From a virus (Duplodnaviria; Caudoviricetes): a stretch of DNA of 58,328 nucleotides. Location of the stretch: positions 1 through 58,328 of the IMG/VR virus record IMGVR_UViG_3300043414_000784; one strand, written 5' to 3'. The notes under the pieces were generated by a model that was not told the origin of the DNA, ran no database searches, and saw only the letters and a program-made list of their open reading frames with translations. The translations under genes and the position numbers were made by a program. Positions 38,100 to 47,726 of the stretch are shown here, piece by piece (the stretch's first letter is position 1; each line of letters starts with the position of its first letter).

Positions 38100-39491
38100 T
38101 TATGCAGGTTCGCTGTTTGTGAAGTTCTGAATCTTCAAGCAAGCCTTAGGATGTTGGTTCACGAGCACGCCGAGACCGAACATGTAGCTTACAAGCTTCT
38201 TCTCGTGTCCGCCGCCTGAAGTAGGACGGAGGTGGAATTTGCTTGAGCTTCCGGGAGTTTCGACTGCTTTGAAGTCTGTACCGATAAACTCGATACATTT
38301 GCTCTCTTCGCCTTTACCGCTTGGAAGAGCGAATGCTTCGTTCTTACGGCAGAACTCGGAAGTAACGAACTCGACTGCATCTTCAGCGTGTTGATAGATG
38401 AACTTGCGGACACCGCGAGTAGCATCTTCTACAGAGTTGAAGCGACGGTCAGTTTCGCGGCCTTCGATGAGGCTGTCAAGCATTTCAGGAGCAGAAAGAA
38501 GCTGGCTGTACTTGTAACGGCCTTGTCCAACTGCAGTCTTAACTTGCGAAAGAGCTTGCTGGATGAAGGTTACGTCGATAGGGTTTCCGCCGCAGTCTTT
38601 AACTGTCGAGCCGGTTACACCGCTCATGCTAATTCCGTGTACTTGACGTCCGTCGTTTGCAACGAGAGCGCCGAGACCAGCGATGATTTCGGTTGCTGTG
38701 CCGTAGTCACCAGCGTATGCAGAGCTGAGGTCTACACGGCTGTGCGAAGCAGAGGTCGTTCCGCGATAGAGAAGGTCTGATGCGTCGATAGAAGCAGCAG
38801 CCACGTTAGCGAGAACAACAGGAGCTCCAGCAGAAGTGATAGCTTGGAGAGTAACCTTGTTTGTTGGACGGTCGATAGAAATAACTTTCCAAGCAACTGC
38901 AGTTGCAGGCATGTCAGATGCTCCGCTTGGGTCGCAGTTCAAAAGAAGGTCGTCATACTCGAACCAACCGATGTGACCACGGGAAGCAGCGAGTGCGCTG
39001 AGTGTGATTTCGACTTTGCCTAAAGCAACGCCAGCGTCAGCAACAGAAGCTACAGTACCGACAACACCAAGTCCGTCGTTGTAAAGGTCAGCAGCAACAC
39101 GGCGCTTCAGATACACGAGTTTGTCTTCGAGTTCCATAGCGAGGTTGTCAGCATACTTAGCAGGAGCCATCTTAAGACGCTCGAACAACATATAGTCGAT
39201 TTCGATTGTCGCGTTGAGCTCTTTGAAGATTGCGATTTTTTCTTCGACTGCAGAGCGTTGAGCAGCAGGGAATGCGCCCGACGAACCGATTGCAGCGTAC
39301 TGAATAGCAGCAGGTCCACCGCCAACTTGGAACATGAAGCGATGCTCACGTCCGCCTGGCATACCAACTGTCATTTGTTTTACAGATTCCCAATCTCGGT
39401 GGTCACGAACCAACTGGCGTCGGAACCCTTTCGAGAAAGTAATCTGCAGGAGTTTACCTAGCAGAAGCGAGTCTACGTTATTAATAGCCAT
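38100..39491 (-). CDS. Major capsid protein
   Basis: Follows portal and scaffold; 463 aa; strong codon bias; GGAGG RBS; downstream terminator. Confidence 0.8.
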   Translation of the reverse strand: MAINNVDSLLLGKLLQITFSKGFRRQLVRDHRDWESVKQMTVGMPGGREHRFMFQVGGGPAAIQYAAIGSSGAFPAAQRSAVEEKIAIFKELNATIEIDYMLFERLKMAPAKYADNLAMELEDKLVYLKRRVAADLYNDGLGVVGTVASVADAGVALGKVEITLSALAASRGHIGWFEYDDLLLNCDPSGASDMPATAVAWKVISIDRPTNKVTLQAITSAGAPVVLANVAAASIDASDLLYRGTTSASHSRVDLSSAYAGDYGTATEIIAGLGALVANDGRQVHGISMSGVTGSTVKDCGGNPIDVTFIQQALSQVKTAVGQGRYKYSQLLSAPEMLDSLIEGRETDRRFNSVEDATRGVRKFIYQHAEDAVEFVTSEFCRKNEAFALPSGKGEESKCIEFIGTDFKAVETPGSSSKFHLRPTSGGGHEKKLVSYMFGLGVLVNQHPKACLKIQNFTNSEPA

Positions 39492-39522
39492 GAAACAAAA
39501 CCTCCAAAATTAGGACCGAAAA

Positions 39523-40602
39523 TTACTGGCCCCGTAGTAAGAGCCGGGTCAAACCTCTGATATCTCCGGCGTCGATTCTTGAGTTAACTGCATCCTGGGC
39601 TGCTTGTCTACTAGGGGTTGCAGCGGAAGTGGCCTTAGCTGCTACCTTTTGTTGAGCCGTGGTCTTGGAAGACTCTACTGCCTTGGACACTGCTTCTTTT
39701 TGCGTCTTAGCAAACTTGTTCCGCACTTTACTTGCGACATCATTCATAATCTGTTTGATTGCAACATCAGGAATGTTCGGGTTCTTAGCCTCGACTTCGG
39801 TGAGTTGGTCGATGGTTTCTCGCCAGATTGCTTTATTTACAAAGGTTTCCAACTCGTCGTCGCCAAACATGCCATCTACACGGACTTGGTTAAACTGGCG
39901 TTCCAGTCTAGAATACAGTGCATCTTCAGCAGCTTGTGTTTTCTGGGCTTCGATTGCTTGCTTTTCAGCCTCGAGCTTTGACTTTTCTTTTTGAGTCAGG
40001 CGATGGGACTTGCGGGCCTGGTCTTCTCGCTCCATGAGAGCAAGCTCTTCTGGCGAAGCATACTGGCGGGTTTCACGGCGTTGAATTTCTGCGTCGATAA
40101 GGGCTTGGAAAGAACCTTGCTTACCGTAGAGTAGGTCTACTAGGGCTTCTGGACCTTCTTCGGCAGCTTCTTCTATCTTCTCGAAGGATGACTTCAGGTC
40201 CGTGTAATCGGGCCGGATGGTCTCAACTTCCTTAGCAAGGCTTTCCGCTCGTCTTGCGGCGGCGTACTGCTCTGCGATGAATCCTTTGACTGCTTCTTTG
40301 TCTGAGAAGTCGACTTTGATTTTAGCGAATCTTCCGTCTCCAAGTTCAACTCGGACGGTGTCAACGAGGGAGGAAGGGTCTCCTGCAGGTTTTGCTGCTT
40401 CGACTTGTATTCCTTGTTCCTCGGTCGGACTCTGCGTCCCTGAGAGTTCTTTCTCGATGTCTTCGTCGGACATTGGCGAGTCAAGGTAATCTGGCTCCAT
40501 ACTTATGGTTGGGTCTGTTTCTGCCTGAAGTTCTTGCATTGACTCCAGAACAATGTCAGACATACTAGCACTGCCTGCTTTTGGGTCGATAGTCGTTGCC
40601 AT
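39523..40602 (-). CDS. Scaffolding protein
   Basis: Acidic N-terminus and coiled coil; lies between portal and capsid. Confidence 0.75.
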   Translation of the reverse strand: MATTIDPKAGSASMSDIVLESMQELQAETDPTISMEPDYLDSPMSDEDIEKELSGTQSPTEEQGIQVEAAKPAGDPSSLVDTVRVELGDGRFAKIKVDFSDKEAVKGFIAEQYAAARRAESLAKEVETIRPDYTDLKSSFEKIEEAAEEGPEALVDLLYGKQGSFQALIDAEIQRRETRQYASPEELALMEREDQARKSHRLTQKEKSKLEAEKQAIEAQKTQAAEDALYSRLERQFNQVRVDGMFGDDELETFVNKAIWRETIDQLTEVEAKNPNIPDVAIKQIMNDVASKVRNKFAKTQKEAVSKAVESSKTTAQQKVAAKATSAATPSRQAAQDAVNSRIDAGDIRGLTRLLLRGQ

Positions 40603-40633
40603 GGTTTTCTCCTATATTGGCGGACCATGGCTA

Positions 40634-40662
40634 TTTTTACCGAGGAACTGCCTGTAAGTCAA
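40634..40662 (-). promoter_or_regulatory. sigma70-like promoter upstream of scaffold/capsid
   Basis: TTGACT-N17-TAAAAA; shares TTGACTTAC with the 35048-35077 site. Confidence 0.45.
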
Positions 40663-40668
40663 GCCGAA

Positions 40669-42624
40669 CTATTGCGCTGGAGGAGCTCCGCCGCCGCCCA
40701 TCAAGGCTGCGAGAGGATTGGCTGCTGCGCCTGCTTCTTCTGCAGGAGCTTTTGCTGCTATCTGTTCTCTGTCCTTAATGTGTTTGTCGACCAGTGCCTT
40801 GTCTGCCTCTGGAAGCGAATCGTACTCGGCTGACATGACGTAGGTATAGGCTTCTTCCAGCATGGCTTTGTGCTCTTGCAATTCTCTTGGTGCAATGTAT
40901 GCCTGGTTGGCAATCATGCGTTCGAATATTTCTCGCTGTCTTATGGCCGCTAATTGTGTTCTATCTACCAAGGAGTCTAGCTCGTTAAGTTTAAGCATAC
41001 CAAGGATAGCTCTGGCTGTTAGGCCTGCTTCTTTGAGAAGCGGAATCATTTGGTAGATTTCTTGGCGACGTGCCATAGGGTCGAGTGAAAAGCTTGTACC
41101 GTATTCTACGACAAGGTCGAATCCGCCTTGGATATCCGCGCCTTGCAGGTCTACGGTTTCGAATGCACGTTCTTTGCCTAGCACTTTGATTGTCTTAGGT
41201 GTCTTCCAGTGTTCGCGGACAATGGATAGGTAGTCTTTGTAAACTGCTTCTACGAATCCTACGTATTTGTTAAACAGACGTCGGCGAATCATATTGGATT
41301 GTTCGACCGCGTACTGCATTGAGAAGCCTGAAGTTTCTCTGGACTGCTGACCTACAAGTGCCTCGGTAATGCCCATGATGTCATCGAGGTTTTGCTTCAT
41401 ACGGTCACGGATATTAGGAAGGGCTGCCGGCATAGGCAGTGGTTCCATGAAGTTCGGGGGAATTGCGCCGGTGTATTTCACGATGTCCCAAGGGGAGTTT
41501 GTGATAGAACCTTTGGCAATCTCTGCTGATTCTGGAATGAGTAAGCGGGCTACACCGTGCGCTGCTAGGATATCCAGCATGACGTTGTCGAGTCTGTTGA
41601 TAACGTCCTGCAGAGCTGCAGCGTATGCTACTACAGACTTGCCCCAGTAGGTGCCAGGCACGTCGATGTCTGTCAGGAGGTGGTAGGGCAGTTTAGCGTA
41701 GGGAGCGCCTTGCTTGCCGTCTTTGCCTACTGTGTGGAATCTGTGTGGTGATACGGATAGCTCGGTCAACTGGCAGCCGTCTTCAAGGCACCAGCAGTAA
41801 CGACCTTGCATTCCGTTTTCCGGTGTGCCTGTTTCCCAGTATTGGTAGACTCGGACGATGTCGTAGAAGTTCTTGTTGCCGATGGAAGACCTGGAGGCAG
41901 GCATGTTTGCTGTCTCGTCCTGGCTTCTTAGGCGATACTTCTGTAGTTCTTCTATCTTGTCTGGGAAGAGACGGCAGGCTGTCTCGTATCGCATTGGGAG
42001 TTCTTCGAATACGAATCTAACGTCGTCCCACACGGATGCGTCTGCATCTGGATAGACTGCCCAAACGGAAGGTACAGTGTAGGCAAAGTCGCCCTCGGTC
42101 TTTACAGAGTTTGTTGCTTCGTCGTAGGAGACAATCTCGCCTTTATCTGGGTCGAGCACTGCCTTGCCAAAACCGTTGCCGTAGACTAACGTATTAAGAT
42201 TAACGCGGTCTTGGGTTTCTTGCATCTTGTATTGACGGATACCGAAGCGTACTAGTTTGTCTGCAGCGTCTGCTCGACGACGGTCGTCACGGTCTGAGGT
42301 CAGCGGGCGTGGTACGACTGTTGGTGGGTTTGCGGACATCTGTGAATGGAAGAAGCGGATGTTCTTCATGATATAGTTGGCTGCTACGTTTGATGCCGAA
42401 GAGTCGACAGGGGCAAGGCCAAGCTCGGATACTGATTCAAAGGAGAGATTGACGTCTCCGCCTGTGAAGAACTCTTCGAAGCGCGAAGCAAAGACTGCTC
42501 GCTCGTTCTGCTCCCACTGTGCTTCTTCCTTACGTCGTGCAAGTTTGGCAAACTCGAGACGCTTCTTTAGTTCTTGTTCTATCTTTTCCTTGGAGTCCCA
42601 AAGGTCTAGGGTATGGACTGGCAT
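40669..42624 (-). CDS. Portal protein (P22-like)
   Basis: 651 aa after TerL; GNGFGK, YWGKS.V...QD.IN.L and GITEALVG...SG pattern. Confidence 0.85.
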   Translation of the reverse strand: MPVHTLDLWDSKEKIEQELKKRLEFAKLARRKEEAQWEQNERAVFASRFEEFFTGGDVNLSFESVSELGLAPVDSSASNVAANYIMKNIRFFHSQMSANPPTVVPRPLTSDRDDRRRADAADKLVRFGIRQYKMQETQDRVNLNTLVYGNGFGKAVLDPDKGEIVSYDEATNSVKTEGDFAYTVPSVWAVYPDADASVWDDVRFVFEELPMRYETACRLFPDKIEELQKYRLRSQDETANMPASRSSIGNKNFYDIVRVYQYWETGTPENGMQGRYCWCLEDGCQLTELSVSPHRFHTVGKDGKQGAPYAKLPYHLLTDIDVPGTYWGKSVVAYAAALQDVINRLDNVMLDILAAHGVARLLIPESAEIAKGSITNSPWDIVKYTGAIPPNFMEPLPMPAALPNIRDRMKQNLDDIMGITEALVGQQSRETSGFSMQYAVEQSNMIRRRLFNKYVGFVEAVYKDYLSIVREHWKTPKTIKVLGKERAFETVDLQGADIQGGFDLVVEYGTSFSLDPMARRQEIYQMIPLLKEAGLTARAILGMLKLNELDSLVDRTQLAAIRQREIFERMIANQAYIAPRELQEHKAMLEEAYTYVMSAEYDSLPEADKALVDKHIKDREQIAAKAPAEEAGAAANPLAALMGGGGAPPAQ

Positions 42625-42627
42625 GGA

Positions 42628-42834
42628 TTACTCCTTTTTCTTTTGCTTCCGTACTTTACCCGGAAAACGAATAAGAAGCAATTTAATCAAGCTTTGTTTT
42701 TCTTCGCCGTTGGAAGTAGTCTTGCTGGAGTTGCTGTACTTTTTCTCTTGTGAGTCCGACCCAGTCTCCCGCATAGTCTGTGACCTTTCCTTTTTTTTGC
42801 ATTCCTGGCACCCGCATCCATTCTTTCCGTGCAT
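42628..42834 (-). CDS. Small overlapping Cys-containing ORF
   Basis: Strong AGGAGG RBS; MHGKNGCGCQECKKK. Confidence 0.4.
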   Translation of the reverse strand: MHGKNGCGCQECKKKERSQTMRETGSDSQEKKYSNSSKTTSNGEEKQSLIKLLLIRFPGKVRKQKKKE

Positions 42835-43000
42835 TGTACCTCCTAGTGCCTCTTGCTACATGCAATACGTTATTGTAGTCCTGAAGTGCTCTGGCGACTC
42901 GGCGCATTTTCTCTATGCGTCTACTCGTGTAGACAGAAAGTCCTGCGAAGACCATAAGCTGCACCAGCAAGAGTATAACGAAAGTTACCAGCGAGTCCAT
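42683..43000 (-). CDS. Hypothetical membrane protein
   Basis: GGGGGAG RBS; N-terminal TM segment. Confidence 0.5.
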   Translation of the reverse strand: MDSLVTFVILLLVQLMVFAGLSVYTSRRIEKMRRVARALQDYNNVLHVARGTRRYNARKEWMRVPGMQKKGKVTDYAGDWVGLTREKVQQLQQDYFQRRRKTKLD

Positions 43001-45456
43001 GGTCTCCCCCATGCAGAGCGTTTAATTTTAGTCTGAGTCTGGGCCTTTGCGTGTTTTTCTCTGTTGTATTCACGGACTTGCTGGTCCCAGCTTTTAGCGA
43101 TGTCTACTACATTTCCTTCGTATTTCGGACGGTTGTCTACAAAGTAGTTTAGTGCATCACAAAGGTGGTAGTCGTGGGCGTGTGCAATCTTGGTTGGGTT
43201 GGTCTCGGACCACTGAGCTGATTGGAGTTCGTCCACCAGGTCTGTACACCAGTCGGCCACAAACAGGTTTACTCCGAGGGCGTTGTTGGATGCTGCAATC
43301 ATGTCAAGCTTACGGTCTGACTTTTTGTAGACTCCCATGTAGCTAATGCCCTGGGCTGCCGCGAGCTGCATATACCAGGTCGCAGAGGTGTCGTATATGC
43401 GTCTGACTATGTTCAGGCCAGCAGTACGTCGCATGACCTCGTTAATGGTCTCGTTGGGGTTCTTTGAGCGTAGGTAGTCGGCCTTGATGATATACCAATG
43501 GCCGGTCGAGGGGTCCTCGGCTGCCACGATAAGGCCATGCTCGGAGGCGGCTGCTGGGTCTGAGGACTCGACATGACGCCAGGCTGGGCTGTAGTTGACA
43601 GGGTTACGGATAATACTAGGCCGGAAGTTGTAGACCCCTCGGTCTCCGACGAGCCAGTCTCCGTGGAGGATTGTGTTCATCATGGACTCGCCCATTACCC
43701 GGGCTGTCTCTAGCTGGACTTGCTTTTCCTCGTCGTCGATGGCTGGGTTGTCTAGCATGTTGATACGAATAGTCATTGCTAGTTCTGGTGGCAGAGAATC
43801 CAGGAAGTGTTTGACTTCGGGGTTAGGAACCTTTGGTGTAAAGGTTAGGAGCATTGGCCCTTTATTGATAAGGATTCGTTTAGATGTTTCTTCTATAATA
43901 CGGGAAGACGCGGGAAGCTCGTCACACCAAGCTGCATGACCGGTAAAGGACTGCACGGCCTGTTGGGCCTGGTTAGTATTGTGGTGAGAGAAATAGAGAA
44001 TGGTATTACCGTTGTATTTATTGATGACTTTCTGCAATGCGCCGCCTTGCCGGATTTCTCGGATAGAGTCTGGCTCGTGGATATGGCGGATAATACGCTG
44101 GTGCAGGGATTCCTCGACCTGCTTTGAGGTACGGCCAAGGATGTAGAATTGAAGAGAGTCGTGCCAGTGGTCTGGCCGCTTCCAGGTTACCTCGTCTTCG
44201 CGGAACATGGTCGCGAATGCTTTGGCTCCGGTGGAGGACTTTCCTGAGTTGTGTGTAACCAGGCCGTTGGCTAACAGGTAGAGATTAGTAGAAGAGTCTA
44301 CGTGCAAGTCGTAAGTTTCTACTTCTCCCGCTGGTTCTGGCTTGAGACTGATGTAGTTTGGCCGGCTCCGCTTGCCGTAGTTGTCGTACTCTGGTTTCCA
44401 ATGTTTTTGCTCAGAAACAAGATGTGGCTGCAATTCTGAGTAGATACGCTTAATGTCGTGAGGATTTCTGCAAGACAAAGTCCATACAGGTGCATTGACG
44501 TACTTTGGTCTGTCGTCTATATGCCAGGACATCTGTACTTGCCAAAGTGAAAGGATGGCCCACTCTAGAGCCTTAAGCACGTCTGTTGCCTGCATACTTA
44601 CGCTGAACATTACGGTCTTAGCTTTTACACTACCAGTCAGACAACCGTCGGTATCCATGACTCCAGCGACAAACTCTACTAAGGATTTGCGTGACCAGGT
44701 TTTAATTGCGGTTAGATTTACAGTCTTTTCATGAGCATAGCGATGTTTACACCAATCTTCGTAGTAAGAAGGTTCTTTGCAATCTTTCAGAACCCAAGTG
44801 TAATTAGAGATATGCTGTCTTACAGCTTCTCCGCCTAGCAAGCTTGCGACTTTCTGTGGAACACCTTCTTGCCCTGAGATGGAAAGTCTACGTTCACGAG
44901 AGCAACCATCGCCAAGCAGAGCACCTAGTGCATAAGGAGCGAAGGGCTCTACCATTCCAATATCGGCCTGCACAAAGTTTCTGCGAATCGGTGTTTCTTC
45001 AGAATAGTCTAGTGTTGTGCTTTCGGTATGACCCAAGAATTTAGAACTCTTGCGAGCAAACTCTGCTCTTTGCCAGACATGTTCTCCGGTTGCTGTTGCC
45101 CAGATTTTTCCACGGCTAGTCAGGTTATAGACTTGCTTAGGTCCGTTTTCGAAAGTCTTCAATACCTTGATTGGCCTACCGTCTTCGGAGTAAACATAGT
45201 CGTTTGGCTCAATAAGCTCGATAGGCATAGCTCCACCAGGAGTCATGACTAGCGTTCCCTTGGCAAGGCACTGGTTACCAGCTCTTACGACAATGTACCG
45301 CCGCTTGCGTTGAAGGACGGCGTTGATGATTTGCTGTTGGGCGTCGGTTGCTTTAGAGCCTGGCCTGGTTGGGTCGAAGGCCTCGAGGAGCTCTTTAGTT
45401 TTGAGTTGCTCCGCAGCCGCAGCGAGTTGCCGTAGGAGCGTGTCCTTGGAACTCAT
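42985..45456 (-). CDS. terL: Terminase large subunit containing an intein (about 482 aa after splicing)
   Basis: Split Walker A AGNQ|SGKS; Walker B AWCDE; LTFTP; nuclease SDP...DALNY. Confidence 0.92.
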   Translation of the reverse strand: MSSKDTLLRQLAAAAEQLKTKELLEAFDPTRPGSKATDAQQQIINAVLQRKRRYIVVRAGNQCLAKGTLVMTPGGAMPIELIEPNDYVYSEDGRPIKVLKTFENGPKQVYNLTSRGKIWATATGEHVWQRAEFARKSSKFLGHTESTTLDYSEETPIRRNFVQADIGMVEPFAPYALGALLGDGCSRERRLSISGQEGVPQKVASLLGGEAVRQHISNYTWVLKDCKEPSYYEDWCKHRYAHEKTVNLTAIKTWSRKSLVEFVAGVMDTDGCLTGSVKAKTVMFSVSMQATDVLKALEWAILSLWQVQMSWHIDDRPKYVNAPVWTLSCRNPHDIKRIYSELQPHLVSEQKHWKPEYDNYGKRSRPNYISLKPEPAGEVETYDLHVDSSTNLYLLANGLVTHNSGKSSTGAKAFATMFREDEVTWKRPDHWHDSLQFYILGRTSKQVEESLHQRIIRHIHEPDSIREIRQGGALQKVINKYNGNTILYFSHHNTNQAQQAVQSFTGHAAWCDELPASSRIIEETSKRILINKGPMLLTFTPKVPNPEVKHFLDSLPPELAMTIRINMLDNPAIDDEEKQVQLETARVMGESMMNTILHGDWLVGDRGVYNFRPSIIRNPVNYSPAWRHVESSDPAAASEHGLIVAAEDPSTGHWYIIKADYLRSKNPNETINEVMRRTAGLNIVRRIYDTSATWYMQLAAAQGISYMGVYKKSDRKLDMIAASNNALGVNLFVADWCTDLVDELQSAQWSETNPTKIAHAHDYHLCDALNYFVDNRPKYEGNVVDIAKSWDQQVREYNREKHAKAQTQTKIKRSAWGRPWTRW
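44248..45270 (-). mobile_element. Intein with LAGLIDADG homing endonuclease (341 aa)
   Basis: N-terminal CLAKGT, block B TGEH, LGALLGDG and VAGVMDTDG, VETYDL, C-terminal VTHN followed by Ser. Confidence 0.93.
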
Positions 45457-45734
45457 TAGAGGCTTGCTCGTTTCTTCTGTCTTGGATTCTTTGTTAGGGC
45501 TTTGTGTAGGTCTTCTGTGGCGACCAGCTCTGCGTCGCCGATGCTTCGCACATCCACGGCGTCCAAGGATAGAATCTTGCGTTTGTCGATGTAAAAGTAA
45601 TACGCCGTGACAGAACCATCTTCTGTGTAGACAGCTTCCCAGGTCTCAGCCGGAATCACTACAGAAATGCCTGTCGTGAGTAGCACGGAATATTGATGCC
45701 GCACTTTGATAATATTTTTAATTGGCTGTATCAT
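45456..45734 (-). CDS. Hypothetical protein
   Basis: AGGAG RBS; stop overlaps the TerL start. Confidence 0.6.
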   Translation of the reverse strand: MIQPIKNIIKVRHQYSVLLTTGISVVIPAETWEAVYTEDGSVTAYYFYIDKRKILSLDAVDVRSIGDAELVATEDLHKALTKNPRQKKRASL

Positions 45735-46299
45735 CTGGCTCCTCCTGGGCTTCGGAGAGATTAGCAGGTTTCTCCTCGTCAAGCAATGGTCTAATTAGAT
45801 GAGCGTTTTGTTTGAGGAATCCGCGTAACTGGTTAATATCCATATTATCAAACTTGGTATGAGTCTTCTGGGTTTGCTCCTGCGCCTCATAGGCCAGCAG
45901 TGTTTTCAGGATGTTAACCTTAGCCGAGGAGGCACGGGGGTCCGGGTCGTCCAGGATTTGGACTGCAGCTTCGAGGGCCTTGTCTGTCAAGTACTTGATT
46001 TTCTGGCGGGACTCTTCCTTGTTGATGAACCAAGCTCGGAAGCCCGGCTGGTTCCACCAGGTCCTAAGAGCAGGGATGCCGGTCAAGGAGATGGCACGGT
46101 CCACGGACAAGCTCTTCAGGTCGAACAGCATAGTCTCAGGGTCCGCCAGGAAGGCCAGTAAGGCGGCCTTGGCTTTACGTTGCGAGTCGGTAGGCCTGAA
46201 GGTATCGGCAATCAGTTTGCCTATTACGTTGGTCTCCGTTTCGCTGTCCTGCGCTGGATGTCCTGTATCGCGCTCGAATACCGGTTTCTTTCGTTCCAT
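45718..46299 (-). CDS. Putative terminase small subunit
   Basis: Helical protein with an HTH-like segment, two genes upstream of TerL. Confidence 0.5.
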   Translation of the reverse strand: MERKKPVFERDTGHPAQDSETETNVIGKLIADTFRPTDSQRKAKAALLAFLADPETMLFDLKSLSVDRAISLTGIPALRTWWNQPGFRAWFINKEESRQKIKYLTDKALEAAVQILDDPDPRASSAKVNILKTLLAYEAQEQTQKTHTKFDNMDINQLRGFLKQNAHLIRPLLDEEKPANLSEAQEEPDDTAN

Positions 46300-46574
46300 A
46301 GGGGCTCCTCGATTTGGAAGAGGACTGTGCCTCTGATTCTCGTTAACTGGTTGATGACGCCCCGTTGCTGGAGCATTTGCAGGTCTTCGTAAAACCTGGA
46401 GTGATTCATCCCCAGGGTTCGGCAGGCGGTGAGAATATTGATACGCATGTAGCCTTCGCCGAACCGCTCAAAGAAATCATAGTTTCCGTAAAGCAGGATA
46501 AAGAGAACTTTATAATGCCTTAGCTTGACCGTACCGAGTCTAGGCCGCTTTCTTGCGGAAGTGACAGCGTGCAT
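46224..46574 (-). CDS. Possible winged-helix DNA-binding protein
   Basis: ACRTLGMNHSRFYEDLQML..RGVI wHTH-like pattern; start uncertain. Confidence 0.4.
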   Translation of the reverse strand: MHAVTSARKRPRLGTVKLRHYKVLFILLYGNYDFFERFGEGYMRINILTACRTLGMNHSRFYEDLQMLQQRGVINQLTRIRGTVLFQIEEPLWNERNRYSSAIQDIQRRTAKRRPT

Positions 46575-47589
46575 ACTTGGTAGCCTCTCTGCGTCGCTTC
46601 TCTGTAATGCCTGGAAGCCGGGAGACCCAGCGTTCGAAGGAATCCTGGGAGTCGAATCGGTTCAAGGCAGAGAGCATATCTTTGTAGAACATACCGGGTC
46701 TGACTGAAGAAATCAATGGTTTACTTGTCTTATAGCCTGCCTTATGCTTTTGGATAGCCTTGTAAAGCGAACCGTGGGCCTTGTAAGTCTTGGCTTTGAC
46801 TCCCCATTGGTAGGTATGGTCTACGCATTCGAGGACGCCTAGCTGTTTAAGTTCCTTGAAGAAACGGGAAATAGTAATTGGGGTTACGCCTACTTGGTTA
46901 GCAATAAGCTCGAGCGGCAAATTAAACTTCTCTAGCAGACCCCAGGTCGCACTCAGGATACGAAGCAGGTGGAGCCGCTCTGGAGTCTTACCCCAAAGAC
47001 GGAGTTCCTCTGGCAGGGCAGTCAGGGGGGCTTCGTAGTACTGGTAAGTCCTTGTCTTTCCATCTATGTTAAGGATAGTCCTACTCCCCTCGATAGGCTC
47101 CGGGCTGGACCCACCTTTGACAGGCGGGGGGGAAGAGGAAAGCCAGTCCGAGAGTTCCTCGACTAGGGGTTGATTGACGTAGCATCGTGTTGCTCCGGCT
47201 CTGTCGAAGAAGTGGAGCGTTTCCGGAAGTAGTGTTTTCAGAAAGGAGTCGACGTCGCTTGGAACTGCTCCGTCCAGTACGACGAAGGCTTTGACGTTTC
47301 CACTGACTGACTGGGTGACGAGTGCAAAGGGTAGTGAGAACTCGAGCGCGTTCTTCAGTCGGTCCGCAGTCCAGCCGGTCGGGTAGTCTTTTTTGTCATA
47401 GTCTAGGCAGACCATGTTCTGCAATCCGAGGATTGGCAGACGACTCTTCTTTAGTTTTTGCGTGTTCTCTAGTTGGTCTAGGTAGAAGCGAGTCCGGAAC
47501 CACTGTCTTTCGTTGCCGAGGTCTTTCGGCAGTTTGTACTTCAGGGTAGGGCCGTTCGGGACTTTTAACTCTTTGAATTTTCCCTGCAT
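46540..47589 (-). CDS. Replication initiator/primase, AEP-like N-terminal domain plus C-terminal wHTH
   Basis: VCLDYD (DxD), TQSVSGNVKAF, FD; LIANQVGVTPITISRFFKEL..LGVL; AGGAG RBS. Confidence 0.55.
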   Translation of the reverse strand: MQGKFKELKVPNGPTLKYKLPKDLGNERQWFRTRFYLDQLENTQKLKKSRLPILGLQNMVCLDYDKKDYPTGWTADRLKNALEFSLPFALVTQSVSGNVKAFVVLDGAVPSDVDSFLKTLLPETLHFFDRAGATRCYVNQPLVEELSDWLSSSPPPVKGGSSPEPIEGSRTILNIDGKTRTYQYYEAPLTALPEELRLWGKTPERLHLLRILSATWGLLEKFNLPLELIANQVGVTPITISRFFKELKQLGVLECVDHTYQWGVKAKTYKAHGSLYKAIQKHKAGYKTSKPLISSVRPGMFYKDMLSALNRFDSQDSFERWVSRLPGITEKRRREATKYARCHFRKKAA

Positions 47590-47625
47590 TGTTTATTCTC
47601 CTACTTGATTTTACTTCCCGCCTCT

Positions 47626-47655
47626 GATATAACAATAAATGCCCGGACCTGTCAA
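47626..47655 (-). promoter_or_regulatory. sigma70-like promoter for the rep/packaging arm
   Basis: TTGACA-N18-TATATC with a TGn extension. Confidence 0.5.
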
Positions 47656-47726
47656 GTCCCCCCTGACACGTCGTGCGGTAGCGAGCGTCCCACTCGTTGC
47701 AATTCCCCTACTTGGCCAGTCTGGCT

